DNA of 63,852 nucleotides from Dehalococcoidia bacterium (GCA_049678585.1 JBAUEL010000064.1:1-63852), one strand, 5' to 3'; shown: positions 28,159 to 36,501, counted from the first letter of the stretch. Numbers and translations: made by a program. The notes: generated from the sequence alone by a model not told the origin.

Positions 28159-28491
28159 CTAGCCGACCTCAATACCGCGCTTGGCGTGGCGGGCCAGGAA
28201 GTCGTTGATGCTCCTGACGATTCCCTGCGCGCGAGATATCTCGTACTCGGTGGCGCACTGGTTACACATGTGGAACTCAGCGTAGGTGACGAAGCCAGCA
28301 GCGAACCGGGGTCGGCGGCAGACGCTACAGGGGCGGGTACTTTGAGGGGGTACCCCTCGCTCCAGGTCCTCCTCTACGAAGAGGTGCATAGCCGTCTTGA
28401 TGGCATCTACCTGGCGCTGGGTGAGGCTGTTTGGCGGCTGTGGAACAGCGACATATCGTGCTGACCCGCGGTACCGGCTGCCCTTAATCAT
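28159..28491 (-). CDS. hypothetical 110-aa protein with two CxxC pairs (zinc-ribbon-like), riboswitch-preceded
   Basis: ATG preceded by GGAGGTGA at 7 nt. CSVC ... CNQC motifs. It is the only ORF downstream of the minus-strand ydaO-type leader. The overlapping plus-strand ORF 28123..28464 lacks any start context. Confidence 0.6.
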   Translation of the reverse strand: MIKGSRYRGSARYVAVPQPPNSLTQRQVDAIKTAMHLFVEEDLERGVPPQSTRPCSVCRRPRFAAGFVTYAEFHMCNQCATEYEISRAQGIVRSINDFLARHAKRGIEVG

Positions 28492-28611
28492 CTCGGTTCA
28501 CCTCCGCTACCATATTCGACCGAACTTGCGTCCGTCCTGAGAAGGCAGCAGCGCGTGCCCCGCCGCACAGCGAAGACCAGAGGCGGTAGCCCCTGGTCCA
28601 CAGTGCTACTC

Positions 28612-28750
28612 CTCCTTCTTATGCCTACGGGGTTAGCTGTCGGGTTCGGCTCAAAGGAGTTCGCCTACCCCCCGATGTCACCGGGAGGATTCACCCCAGA
28701 GAGATTGGGTCCCCCGTTCCCCAAATGGAGATTCGGCTGCCTATTCAGTT
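28612..28750 (-). promoter_or_regulatory. candidate c-di-AMP riboswitch (ydaO-yuaA type), copy 2
   Basis: The minus strand reads ...gaataggcagccgaatctccatttggggaacgggggacccaatctctctggggtgaatcctcccggtgacatcggggggtaggcgaactcctttgagccgaacccgacagctaaccccgtaggcataag. The blocks cgggggaccca, ggggtgaatc and ccgaacccgacagctaaccccgtaggc match my recollection of the ydaO motif and match copy 1. Confidence 0.75.
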
Positions 28751-28756
28751 TTCCCT

Positions 28757-28786
28757 AGCCTAGCCAATCGCGCGAGGCCCTGTCAA
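28757..28786 (-). promoter_or_regulatory. promoter candidate (TTGACA-18-TAGGCT) for the riboswitch transcript
   Basis: Minus strand: ttgaca (28786-28781), 18-nt spacer, taggct (28762-28757). Confidence 0.45.
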
Positions 28787-28883
28787 CCGGGGAGAGGGCC
28801 AACCACCGCCCTTGGACACCCTTACGTCCTTTGGACCACGCGCTCAGGCTCATCTTCTCGCCCGTCGCCAGCAGGGAAGCAAG

Positions 28884-29105
28884 CTAGGGCGACGGCGCCT
28901 TGTTGCCACGCTCCTGCTCGCTCCGCTCCAGCAGGCGCATCAGGAGGAAGAAGGGTACGAAGCCCGCGAAGGCGATGCCGCCGGGCAGCCACAGGCCACC
29001 CATGACCAGAAAGATCCCCAGGGCTAGGGCCAGGGCCATCCCGACGATGGCGACGATGCGCACGATGGCCACGTAGCCAGCGACCCTGCTGTCCCGGGCG
29101 CTCAT
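28884..29105 (-). CDS. small two-helix membrane protein (73 aa)
   Basis: MSARDSRVAGYVAIVRIVAIVGMALALALGIFLVMGG...IAFAGFVPFFLLMRLL. This is the internal ATG of the listed ORF 28884..29897. The rest of that ORF is an antisense shadow of the PLP-enzyme gene. Confidence 0.5.
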   Translation of the reverse strand: MSARDSRVAGYVAIVRIVAIVGMALALALGIFLVMGGLWLPGGIAFAGFVPFFLLMRLLERSEQERGNKAPSP

Positions 29106-29125
29106 GGAGACTGTCACATCCCTCC

Positions 29126-29173
29126 GGCTGGTCGGGGTGGGCAGATTCGAACTGCCGACCTCTCGGTGCCAAA
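29126..29173 (-). repeat. duplicated 3' half of tRNA-Pro (att-like fragment)
   Basis: 44 of 48 nt are identical to 32621-32668, covering the anticodon loop through CCA plus 3 nt. Two of the four differences (29143, 29153) are compensatory in the T-stem. No 5' half is present. Confidence 0.8.
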
Positions 29174-29502
29174 ATAGGCAGCGACCCTCCCAGGGCGGAC
29201 CGCCCTCACCCCTGCTCGCGTCGACGATATGGTCGTTCCCTCCGGCTGTCAAGTGTCTCCATGCCCGGATCGGGCGTAGGGCGGAGCCATGCGGCCTGCT
29301 GAGTCCCCCAATCAGGAGGCAATGAGTTCGAGGTAATCGAGGGAGCGGCCCAGGGAGGGCCGATGGCCTGGACTGCAGTGGTGCCGTCCAGCCTGCGGGC
29401 CAAAGGAGGTGAGACCGATGAAGATACGTCTGACGAAAAGGACTCCCGTTGCGATGGCGACGGTGGCGTTGGTGTTCCTGGCCACCCAGTCCGCTGTAGC
29501 CC

Positions 29503-30705
29503 TCAGCCCACGGAACCGAGCGCCTGATCGAGGTCGGCGATGAGATCCTGCGGGTCTTCGAGCCCGATGCTGATGCGCATGATCCCGTCGCCCGCCCACT
29601 CGCGGTACGCCCTCTTCTGGTCGGCATCCAAGTAGGTCGCGCTGTCCACGTAGAGCTCCGTGGGGTAGTAGAATAGCAGGCTCTGATAGTCCCCCAGCGA
29701 CGTGGCGTAGGTGAACACGCGCACCTGCTGGACGAGGCTCGCAGCGGTCTCCATGTCCATTTGGGCGACGACCATGCCGCCGAAGCCCAACATCTGCCGC
29801 CGCGCGAGGTCGTGCTGCGGGTGGCTCTCCAGGCCAGGGTAGAGCACGCGCCTGACCCTCGGGTGCTCCTCCAGGAAGCGCGCCACCGCCAGCGCACTCT
29901 CCTGATGCTTCTGTATCCGCAGCGAGAGGGTGGCGAGGCCCCGATTGATGAGCCAGGCGTTGAACGGGCTCATGGCGCCACCGAGATGGATAAGCATTCC
30001 CTGGCGGATCTTGTGGATGCCCTCTCCGGCTCCCACCACGATCCCACCCAGAGCGTCGCCATGCCCGCCCAGGTACTTGGTCGCGCTGTGGAGGACGAAG
30101 TCCGCCCCGAGGGACAGCGGCCTCTGCAAGACCGGCGTGGCAAAGGTGCTGTCGACCACCAGCGGTACGCCCGCCTGATGGGCGATGTCGGCGAGGGCAG
30201 CGACGTCGGTCAGGCGAAGGATGGGGTTGGCAGGGGTCTCGATGTACACGAGCCTGGTGTTAGATCGCAGGGCCCTGCGCACAGCCTCGGCGTCGCTGGT
30301 GTCCACCAGGCTCACCTCGATGCCGTAGCGGCCGGCGTGTAACGCGATGAGCTCCACAGTGCCCGCGTAGCACACGTCGCTCGCCACCACGTGGTCTCCG
30401 GCGCCCAAGAACGTGAACAGCACGCTGGAGACGGCCGCCATGCCCGAGGCGAACGCGAGGCCCGCTTCCGCGCCCTCGAGCGCGGCCATCTTCTCCTCGA
30501 GCGTGCGCAGCGAGGGGTTGCTCCAGCGGGTGTAGACGTGCGGCGGCTGGTCTCCCCTGAGGAAGAGCGCATCCATCAGGCGGGGGCCCGGCTCGGGCAG
30601 CTTGAACGTCGTCGTCATGTAGATGGGTGGAGTTACCGAGCCCGTGGCTGGGTCGGGCTCCTGACCAGCGTGGACAGCCTGCGTATCGAATCGGTACTCG
30701 CTCAT
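29503..30705 (-). CDS. Cys/Met-metabolism PLP-dependent enzyme (cystathionine gamma-synthase / methionine gamma-lyase family)
   Basis: FDTQAVHAG N-terminus and PLP-lysine block HSATKYLGGHGD. Length 400 aa. Confidence 0.85.
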   Translation of the reverse strand: MSEYRFDTQAVHAGQEPDPATGSVTPPIYMTTTFKLPEPGPRLMDALFLRGDQPPHVYTRWSNPSLRTLEEKMAALEGAEAGLAFASGMAAVSSVLFTFLGAGDHVVASDVCYAGTVELIALHAGRYGIEVSLVDTSDAEAVRRALRSNTRLVYIETPANPILRLTDVAALADIAHQAGVPLVVDSTFATPVLQRPLSLGADFVLHSATKYLGGHGDALGGIVVGAGEGIHKIRQGMLIHLGGAMSPFNAWLINRGLATLSLRIQKHQESALAVARFLEEHPRVRRVLYPGLESHPQHDLARRQMLGFGGMVVAQMDMETAASLVQQVRVFTYATSLGDYQSLLFYYPTELYVDSATYLDADQKRAYREWAGDGIMRISIGLEDPQDLIADLDQALGSVG

Positions 30706-30758
30706 GCTACTCTCCTCACAGAGCCAACAGAGTGGCTAAACGATGCCCCTCGATCTCC

Positions 30759-32222
30759 CTAGTCCTCCCACTCGGCGCCCTCGAAGTCGGCCATGGTGCG
30801 CTCCCGAACCATAGCCACGTACTCAAGCAACTCCTTCTCCACTGCCGGGTCTAACTCCCGCCGCTCATGCCTCGCCAGGAGCTCCCGCACCCGCTCCCGC
30901 GCTAACTCGAACGCCGTCCTCGACCCCTTACGCTCCCACGCCTCCCTACCCTCCCTCCGCAGCAACCTCGGCAGGAAATGCTCCCGTCGGTAGTGCTCAG
31001 CAGTGTGCAACTCGGCCAGATAATGGCCCTGCCAGCCCACCTCCTTGATCAGCTCCAGAGCGATGGTCTCCTCGCTTACGTCGATCCCACGCGCCAGCCT
31101 TAGGGCGAGCCCGCACAGTTCGTCGTCCAGCACCAGCAAAGGGTGACTCTCGCTAGTGGTGGATTCCAGGGTGCCGCCGCAGGTGATGAAGTGCACGCCA
31201 GCGAGGACTGCGGGCAGCAGCGTGCTGACCCGTTCCAGCATGCACTGTAGGTCCAGCGTCTTGGCGTCGGTGGTGCCGCCTACGCCGCGGCAGGGCAGAC
31301 CGTAGTGACGGGCCAGTTGCGCCGCCCCGGCGGTGATCAGGCCGGTCTCTACCGCGCCGAGAGCGACATTGCCCGTCGCCATATCGGCGATGGTGGACAC
31401 GGTGCCATAGAGCACCGGCGTGCCCGGCGCGATGATCTGGGCCAGGGTGATATGGGCCAGGATCTCGGCGTTCTGCTGGGCGAGCAGCCCCGCCAGAGTC
31501 ACGGGAGCGGTAGCGCCGGACATCGCCTCCGGCGACATGGCGATGGGCTGGCCGTACTCGGCGAAGAAGAACATGCCCTCGATCTGGAGCTTGATCATCT
31601 GGAGGGGACTCATCACCGAGCAGATCCCGAAGAAGCGAGGACGCCTCTTCAACTCCTCCTTCCCACCCACCGCGATCGCCATCATCCTCATCATGTCCTC
31701 GCTGGCCATCGCCCCATAGCACCCCATGCCGAAGGACTTGCGACAGTTCTGGGCCCAGGCGAGGATAGCCTCCACGTGGATGGTGGTCATGGGAATGTCG
31801 GTGGGCCAGATGTCCATCTGGCTGTTGTTGATGTGATCAAGGCCATCGATCAGGCGGAGGTGGTTGCGGACATCCTCCAGCGTGGTGGGCCGAAGTTGCC
31901 CCATCTCCGTATCCACGATGTTCGTCGGGGTGCCCAGCGCGGCGAAATTCACCTGGTCGCTGCCGATCTCCAGGCGGAAGTCCGGGTCCGCCCCGTAGAG
32001 CGTGAACCGCTTGGGTGCCTGGTCGATGGCCCGGCGCACCAGCTCCTCCGGGATGCGCACCGAACGGGCCGCCTCGTCCACCTGCGCCCCGGCCTCCCGA
32101 AAGGCATCCCTCGCCCTCTTGAGGTCCACCCGGAGCCCTACGCTCCCCAGGATATTCATGGAGGCGGCGTCGATCTGCTGCACCTCCGCCGGACTGAGCA
32201 CTTCGAAGTATGCCGGTTTCAT
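30759..32222 (-). CDS. mttB: MttB-superfamily (trimethylamine methyltransferase-like, non-Pyl) methyltransferase
   Basis: 487 aa. The N-terminus LSPAEVQQIDAASMNILGSVGLRV and overall length are typical of the MttB family. No in-frame TAG interrupts the ORF. Confidence 0.7.
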   Translation of the reverse strand: MKPAYFEVLSPAEVQQIDAASMNILGSVGLRVDLKRARDAFREAGAQVDEAARSVRIPEELVRRAIDQAPKRFTLYGADPDFRLEIGSDQVNFAALGTPTNIVDTEMGQLRPTTLEDVRNHLRLIDGLDHINNSQMDIWPTDIPMTTIHVEAILAWAQNCRKSFGMGCYGAMASEDMMRMMAIAVGGKEELKRRPRFFGICSVMSPLQMIKLQIEGMFFFAEYGQPIAMSPEAMSGATAPVTLAGLLAQQNAEILAHITLAQIIAPGTPVLYGTVSTIADMATGNVALGAVETGLITAGAAQLARHYGLPCRGVGGTTDAKTLDLQCMLERVSTLLPAVLAGVHFITCGGTLESTTSESHPLLVLDDELCGLALRLARGIDVSEETIALELIKEVGWQGHYLAELHTAEHYRREHFLPRLLRREGREAWERKGSRTAFELARERVRELLARHERRELDPAVEKELLEYVAMVRERTMADFEGAEWED

Positions 32223-32386
32223 CTCGCCCCCTCACGCGTATCGCAGATGCCAACGGCCTGGGCGATGGAAAATAGCCCATCCACCACCGAAGGCCTACGG
32301 TAGTGTGTGACGCTGGTCAGGTCAAATTGGCGAAGGCGGGCAGAGCAGACGGGGCGCTAGGTTTACCCCCATGACCTCCGGCGCAC

Positions 32387-32406
32387 GTTTATCAGCGACC
32401 TACTGG
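32387..32406. repeat. partial MITE-like terminus, copy 3
   Basis: gtttatcagcgacctactgg resembles the right ends of copies 1 and 2 (ggtttatcagcagcctactag). Confidence 0.35.
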
Positions 32407-32623
32407 ACTGAGGCGTGGACATTTCGACAGTGCAGCGGTTGGCAGGGCGCCGGTCGATTGGGACCACGGCGAGGTACGATAGGCGTGGGGAAGAGCCCAA
32501 GAAGCAGGCGGCACTGCTGCATATCCCGTTTCAGAGGGGTTGATGGAGCGCGGTAGACGGGCCCCAGGTACGACGCGCATGGTTCGTGGGAGACCGTGCG
32601 CTCGGGGAAACCTCTAGCGAGGC

Positions 32624-32701
32624 TGGTCGGGGTGGGCGGATTCGAACCGCCGACCTCTTGGTCCCAAACCAAGCGCTCTATCCTAACTGAGCTACACCCC
32701 G
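32624..32701 (-). tRNA. tRNA-Pro(UGG): tRNA-Pro (anticodon UGG), CCA encoded
   Basis: Reverse complement: cggggtg-ta-gctc-agttaggata-gagc-g-cttgg-ttTGGga-ccaag-aggtc-ggcgg-ttcgaat-ccgcc-caccccg-a-cca. Confidence 0.9.
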
Positions 32702-32751
32702 ACTACCCCTAGCGTATCGGCCCCTCTGCGGGCCCGTCAAGGGAGTCGCGC

Positions 32752-33561
32752 CTACTGGCGGAAGCGGGAGAAGTCGGGCTCCCGCTTCTCGCTGAAAGCG
32801 GCCATCCCCTCGGCAGACTCGCCGCTGGAGAAGAACTCCGGCGCGATGTCCTCCACCCAGTTGCGCTTCGACTGCTCCCGCAGGTATTCGTACTCGGCCT
32901 CAAAGGTGGCCTTGAGGACCGCCAAGCATGTGGGGCTGGCGGCGAGGATCTCGCGACACCACTTGTCGACCTCCTCGTCCAGCTTCTCGTAGGGCACCAC
33001 GGCATTCACCAGGCCCATCTCCAGGGCCTCGCGCGCGCTATAGCGGCGGCAGAGATACCAGATCTCCCGGGCCTTCTTAGCGCCCACCACCTTCACCAGG
33101 TAGCTTACGAGGTGGCCGCTGGCGGGACTCCCCACGCGCGGGCCCACCTGGCCGAACATAGCGTGCTCGGCGGCGATGCTCAGGTCGGCGAAGTAGGCCA
33201 TGTGGTGGCCGCCGCCGATGGCATAGCCGTTTATGCGCGCGATGACAGGCTTCAGGCACTCCCGCATGGCCTCGTGGGGGACCAGCGAAGAGAGGTCCCG
33301 ACCCTCCGCCAGGGCCTGCTTCTCCGCCTCAGCCAGCCAGCGCACGTCGCCGCCTGAGCAGAAGGCCCTGTCTCCAGCCCCGGTCAAGACCACCACGCCG
33401 ATGGTGCGATCCTGGCCGGCATCGTTGAAGGCGGCGATCATCTCCTCCACCGTCTGGCCCCGGAACGCATTGCGCACCTCAGGCCGATTGATGGTAATCC
33501 AGGCGGCCCCCTGCACCCGATCATGCTTCTCGTAGAGGATGTCCTGGAAGTCCAACGCCAT
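32752..33561 (-). CDS. menB: 1,4-dihydroxy-2-naphthoyl-CoA synthase-like crotonase (MenB/BadI family)
   Basis: ILYEK...ITINRPEVRNAF...VLTGAGDRAFCSGGD and C-terminal FSEKREPDFSRF. Confidence 0.7.
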   Translation of the reverse strand: MALDFQDILYEKHDRVQGAAWITINRPEVRNAFRGQTVEEMIAAFNDAGQDRTIGVVVLTGAGDRAFCSGGDVRWLAEAEKQALAEGRDLSSLVPHEAMRECLKPVIARINGYAIGGGHHMAYFADLSIAAEHAMFGQVGPRVGSPASGHLVSYLVKVVGAKKAREIWYLCRRYSAREALEMGLVNAVVPYEKLDEEVDKWCREILAASPTCLAVLKATFEAEYEYLREQSKRNWVEDIAPEFFSSGESAEGMAAFSEKREPDFSRFRQ

Positions 33562-33616
33562 GCCTCTTTACCTCCTGCCTATGAATCGTGTTGCCGCCCG
33601 GCGCGGCTGCGTCCGG

Positions 33617-34546
33617 TCAGCGCGGCACCCGCGCCGATCCCACCAACTCCCGCACGTCCTCCATGCCCTGCTCACGCATGAACCCCTCCAGACCCTCCAG
33701 CACCTCGAGGGGCGCACGGGGGTTGGTGAAGGTGGCCGTGCCGACCTGAACTGCCGAGGCCCCCGCCATCAGGTACTCCACGGCGTCCAGGCCGCTCATG
33801 ATGCCTCCGCAGCCGATGACGGGCACGTCCACCGCCCCCGCCACCTGATAGACCATGCGCAGGGCCACCGGCTTGATAGCGGGGCCCGATAGTCCCCCGA
33901 AGACACTGGCCAGGGCAGGGCGGCGATTCCACACGTCGATAGCCATGGCCTGGAGAGTATTGATCAGGCAGAGGGCGTCGGCGCCGGCCTCAGCGGCGCC
34001 ACGGGCCACCGCCACGATGTCGGTCACGTTGGGGGTGAGCTTGACGATGATGGGGAGGGTGGTGGCTCGCCGGACCGCCCGGGTGACTTCGGCGGCCGCC
34101 TCGGGCTCCTGCCCAAACTGCATGCCGCCCCGCTGCGCGTTGGGGCTGCTGACGTTCAGCTCCAGCCCGCTGACCCCCGCTACTCCCTCCAGGCGCGAGG
34201 CGGCCTCGGCGTACTCCTGAGGGGTAGCCCCCAGGATGCTGACGATGACCGGCACCCGCCAGCGGGCCCACGTCGGCGCCAGGTCCCGGATAAGCGCGTC
34301 GATGCCGATGTTCTGGAGGCCGATGGAGTTGAGCATGCCCGCGGGGGTCTCTGCCGTGCGCGGCTGGGGATTGCCCGCGCGTGGCCTCAGGGTGGTGGTC
34401 TTGCAGACGATGGCCCCCAGCCGCTGGATATCGAAGACCTTGGCATACTCCAGCCCGTAGCTGAACGTGCCGGAGGCCGTCATCACGGGGTTCTGGAGGA
34501 GCAGGCCACCCTTGCGGCCGGACCCCAGCTCGACGGCCAGGTTCAA
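33617..34546 (-). CDS. pyrD: dihydroorotate dehydrogenase, class 1B catalytic subunit (TTG start)
   Basis: LQNPVMTASGTF...NSIGLQN...GGLSGPAIKP...IGCGGIMSGLDAVEYLMAGASAVQVGTA. Confidence 0.9.
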   Translation of the reverse strand: MNLAVELGSGRKGGLLLQNPVMTASGTFSYGLEYAKVFDIQRLGAIVCKTTTLRPRAGNPQPRTAETPAGMLNSIGLQNIGIDALIRDLAPTWARWRVPVIVSILGATPQEYAEAASRLEGVAGVSGLELNVSSPNAQRGGMQFGQEPEAAAEVTRAVRRATTLPIIVKLTPNVTDIVAVARGAAEAGADALCLINTLQAMAIDVWNRRPALASVFGGLSGPAIKPVALRMVYQVAGAVDVPVIGCGGIMSGLDAVEYLMAGASAVQVGTATFTNPRAPLEVLEGLEGFMREQGMEDVRELVGSARVPR

Positions 34547-34581
34547 GGGTATCTCCTCGGGCTTGACGCTGGCTTGGAGCC

Positions 34582-34587
34582 ATTATA
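34582..34587 (-). promoter_or_regulatory. -10 box (TATAAT) upstream of pyrD
   Basis: The minus strand reads gggccgtataatgg, about 35 nt upstream of the pyrD TTG. Confidence 0.35.
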
Positions 34588-34614
34588 CGGCCCAGAGAGC
34601 GGCCGGGTAAGCCC

Positions 34615-34654
34615 TGGAAAGAACGAGGGGGCGGGCCGGATGCCCACCCCCTCG
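34615..34654 (-). terminator. intrinsic terminator after the 80-aa gene
   Basis: Minus strand: cgaggggg-tgggcatccggcccg-ccccctcg followed by ttctttcc. Confidence 0.6.
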
Positions 34655-34683
34655 TGGCTGGTGCGATAGGCCCTGAGGCGACC

Positions 34684-34926
34684 CTAGAAGTCATCACCCG
34701 GGGAGGAGCGCTCAACCCAGACGGGGCCGCCGAGGGCCGTGCCCGGGTCGCCTTCCCACAGGGAATCCGAAGCGGAGTTGGGGAACTCCTTCTTGGTGCC
34801 GCACAGCTTGCAGACGCCCCAGCTAGTAGCCCCCTGGGGGCTCTCGATGATCCAGTGGTGTCGGCACTGAGGCGCTGCTGAGACCTCCCTGTCCTGCAGG
34901 GCGACTCCTTCGCTCATCCCGCACAC
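34684..34926 (-). CDS. small Cys/His-containing protein (80 aa), zinc-ribbon-like
   Basis: CRHHWIIESPQGATSWGVCKLCGTKKEF. Followed by its own terminator. Confidence 0.5.
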   Translation of the reverse strand: MCGMSEGVALQDREVSAAPQCRHHWIIESPQGATSWGVCKLCGTKKEFPNSASDSLWEGDPGTALGGPVWVERSSPGDDF

Positions 34927-35065
34927 CTCCTTCCGAACCGCCCGCGAGCGCTTGACGTCTCGCGGAGCTATAATCTAGCACACTACTTTGTCCGCTGTCA
35001 AGCTTGTGGTGCTAATAACTAAAATTACGGTGGGAACCTTACCAGTCCTCGCTTTGTTCCAGGTT

Positions 35066-35425
35066 ATGGGCTATACTCTACAAGGATATCGGCACGGCCG
35101 AGCCCTTTCTGTAGACGTGCTCTTCATGAGGCGCAACCGTGGTAGCACGGTCGACGAACTCGCTGTTGGCCTGGATCTCCCCTCCGTCACCGTGCGGCAG
35201 CATCTAAGCGCTCTGCGGCGAGATGGGCTGGTGAGCCCTCAAGAGGTACGAGGGGCCACCGGCTGCCCTCAACCCCTCCAGCCACTAACGCCCAAAGGGG
35301 GAGGAGATGTTTCCCCGGCGCTTCGAGGCCGGTGCCGGCGCGACATCGCCAGCGTTCAGGAGGCGGCGGAGCATAGTTCGCATAGAACGCCTCCGTCTCC
35401 GTTTCACATGGAAGGAATCACGTGA
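35066..35425 (+). CDS. ArsR/SufR-like winged-helix protein (start uncertain)
   Basis: STVDELAVGLDLPSVTVRQHLSALRRDGLV followed by a wing RGATGCPQPLQPLTPKG. Its stop overlaps the mrp start. Confidence 0.45.
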   Translation: MGYTLQGYRHGRALSVDVLFMRRNRGSTVDELAVGLDLPSVTVRQHLSALRRDGLVSPQEVRGATGCPQPLQPLTPKGGGDVSPALRGRCRRDIASVQEAAEHSSHRTPPSPFHMEGIT

Positions 35426-36501
35426 TGGCTGAGTCAACGCTCAGCGAACAGGAGGTGCTGGCCGCCCTTAGCAAGGTTCAGGACCCCGAACTGCACAGGG
35501 ACATCGTCTCCCTGGGGATGGCCAGGGACCTGAAGCTGGGGAGCGATGGCCACGTCTCCCTTCGCGTCGTCCTAACCACGCCCGCCTGCCCCCTGCGCGG
35601 CGCCATCAAGGAGGAGGTGGAGCGCACCCTCCTGGCCGTACCCGGGGTTCGCTCCGTGTCGGTGGACATGGACGCAGAGGTGCAGGGCCACCGGGCTCCG
35701 GGAGGCCCGCGACCGGTGGAAGGGGTGCGCCACATCATCGCCATCGCCAGCAACAAGGGCGGCGTTGGCAAGTCCACGGTGGCCGTCAACCTGGCGGTAG
35801 CCCTGGCCAAGCGAGGCGCCCGGGTGGGCCTGCTGGACGCCGATTTCACCGGTCCCAACATCCCCACCATGGTGGGCCTCAAGGCCGGCTTCATGGCCGA
35901 GAGCCAGGGTGGCCTCACCACTATCGAGCGTTTCGGGGTGCATCTGTGCTCCATCGGCTTCATACTGGCGCGCGGCAGCCCCACCATCTGGCGGGGCCCC
36001 ATGGTTGGCAAGGCCCTGGGTCAGCTTCTTCACGAGCTCCTCTGGGGTGAACTGGACTACCTGATCGTGGACCTGCCGCCGGGCACCAGCGATGCCTCCC
36101 TGAGCCTGGCCCAGGAGGCCCCCCTCTCCGGCGTGGTCATCGTCAGTACGCCGCAGGACATCTCGCTGGAGGACGCCACCAAGGCCGTCGCCATGTTCGA
36201 CAGGCTCAACGTGCCCGTCTTCGGCATCATCGAGAACATGAGCTACTTCGAGTGCCCCCACTGCGGGAAGCGCAGCGATATCTTCGGTCATGGGGGAGCC
36301 CGCCTCACCGCCGAGGAGCTGGGGCTGGAGTTCCTGGGGGAGATCCCGCTCGACGTCAAGACCAGGGAAAGCGGCGACGCCGGCGTGCCCGTTATAGAGG
36401 CCTACCCGGATTCGCCTCAAGCCCAGGCGTTCATGCGGGTGGCCGAGACGGTGGCCGCCCGCTGCAGCGTCCTGGAGTATGCCGCGAGAGAGGTGGAGTA
36501 G
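35422..36501 (+). CDS. apbC: Mrp/ApbC/NBP35-family Fe-S cluster carrier ATPase with N-terminal DUF59-like domain
   Basis: LSKVQDPELHRDIVSLGM (DUF59), deviant Walker A ASNKGGVGKSTVAVNLA, and the CPHC motif. Confidence 0.9.
   Translation: MMAESTLSEQEVLAALSKVQDPELHRDIVSLGMARDLKLGSDGHVSLRVVLTTPACPLRGAIKEEVERTLLAVPGVRSVSVDMDAEVQGHRAPGGPRPVEGVRHIIAIASNKGGVGKSTVAVNLAVALAKRGARVGLLDADFTGPNIPTMVGLKAGFMAESQGGLTTIERFGVHLCSIGFILARGSPTIWRGPMVGKALGQLLHELLWGELDYLIVDLPPGTSDASLSLAQEAPLSGVVIVSTPQDISLEDATKAVAMFDRLNVPVFGIIENMSYFECPHCGKRSDIFGHGGARLTAEELGLEFLGEIPLDVKTRESGDAGVPVIEAYPDSPQAQAFMRVAETVAARCSVLEYAAREVE

Noticed and set aside
28123-28464. A 113-aa plus-strand ORF overlapping the riboswitch-controlled minus-strand ORF.
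   Set aside because: It has no SD and no upstream regulatory element. The minus-strand ORF has a strong SD and lies directly downstream of the riboswitch-like leader.
28555-28758. A 67-aa plus-strand ORF across the copy-2 riboswitch region.
   Set aside because: It coincides with the conserved RNA blocks on the opposite strand and has no start context.
32223-32623. A search for an integrase remnant next to tRNA-Pro, including ORFs 32371..32556(+) and 32400..32672(-).
   Set aside because: The translations show no tyrosine-recombinase motifs (R..HxxR..Y). The minus-strand ORF simply reads through the tRNA gene.
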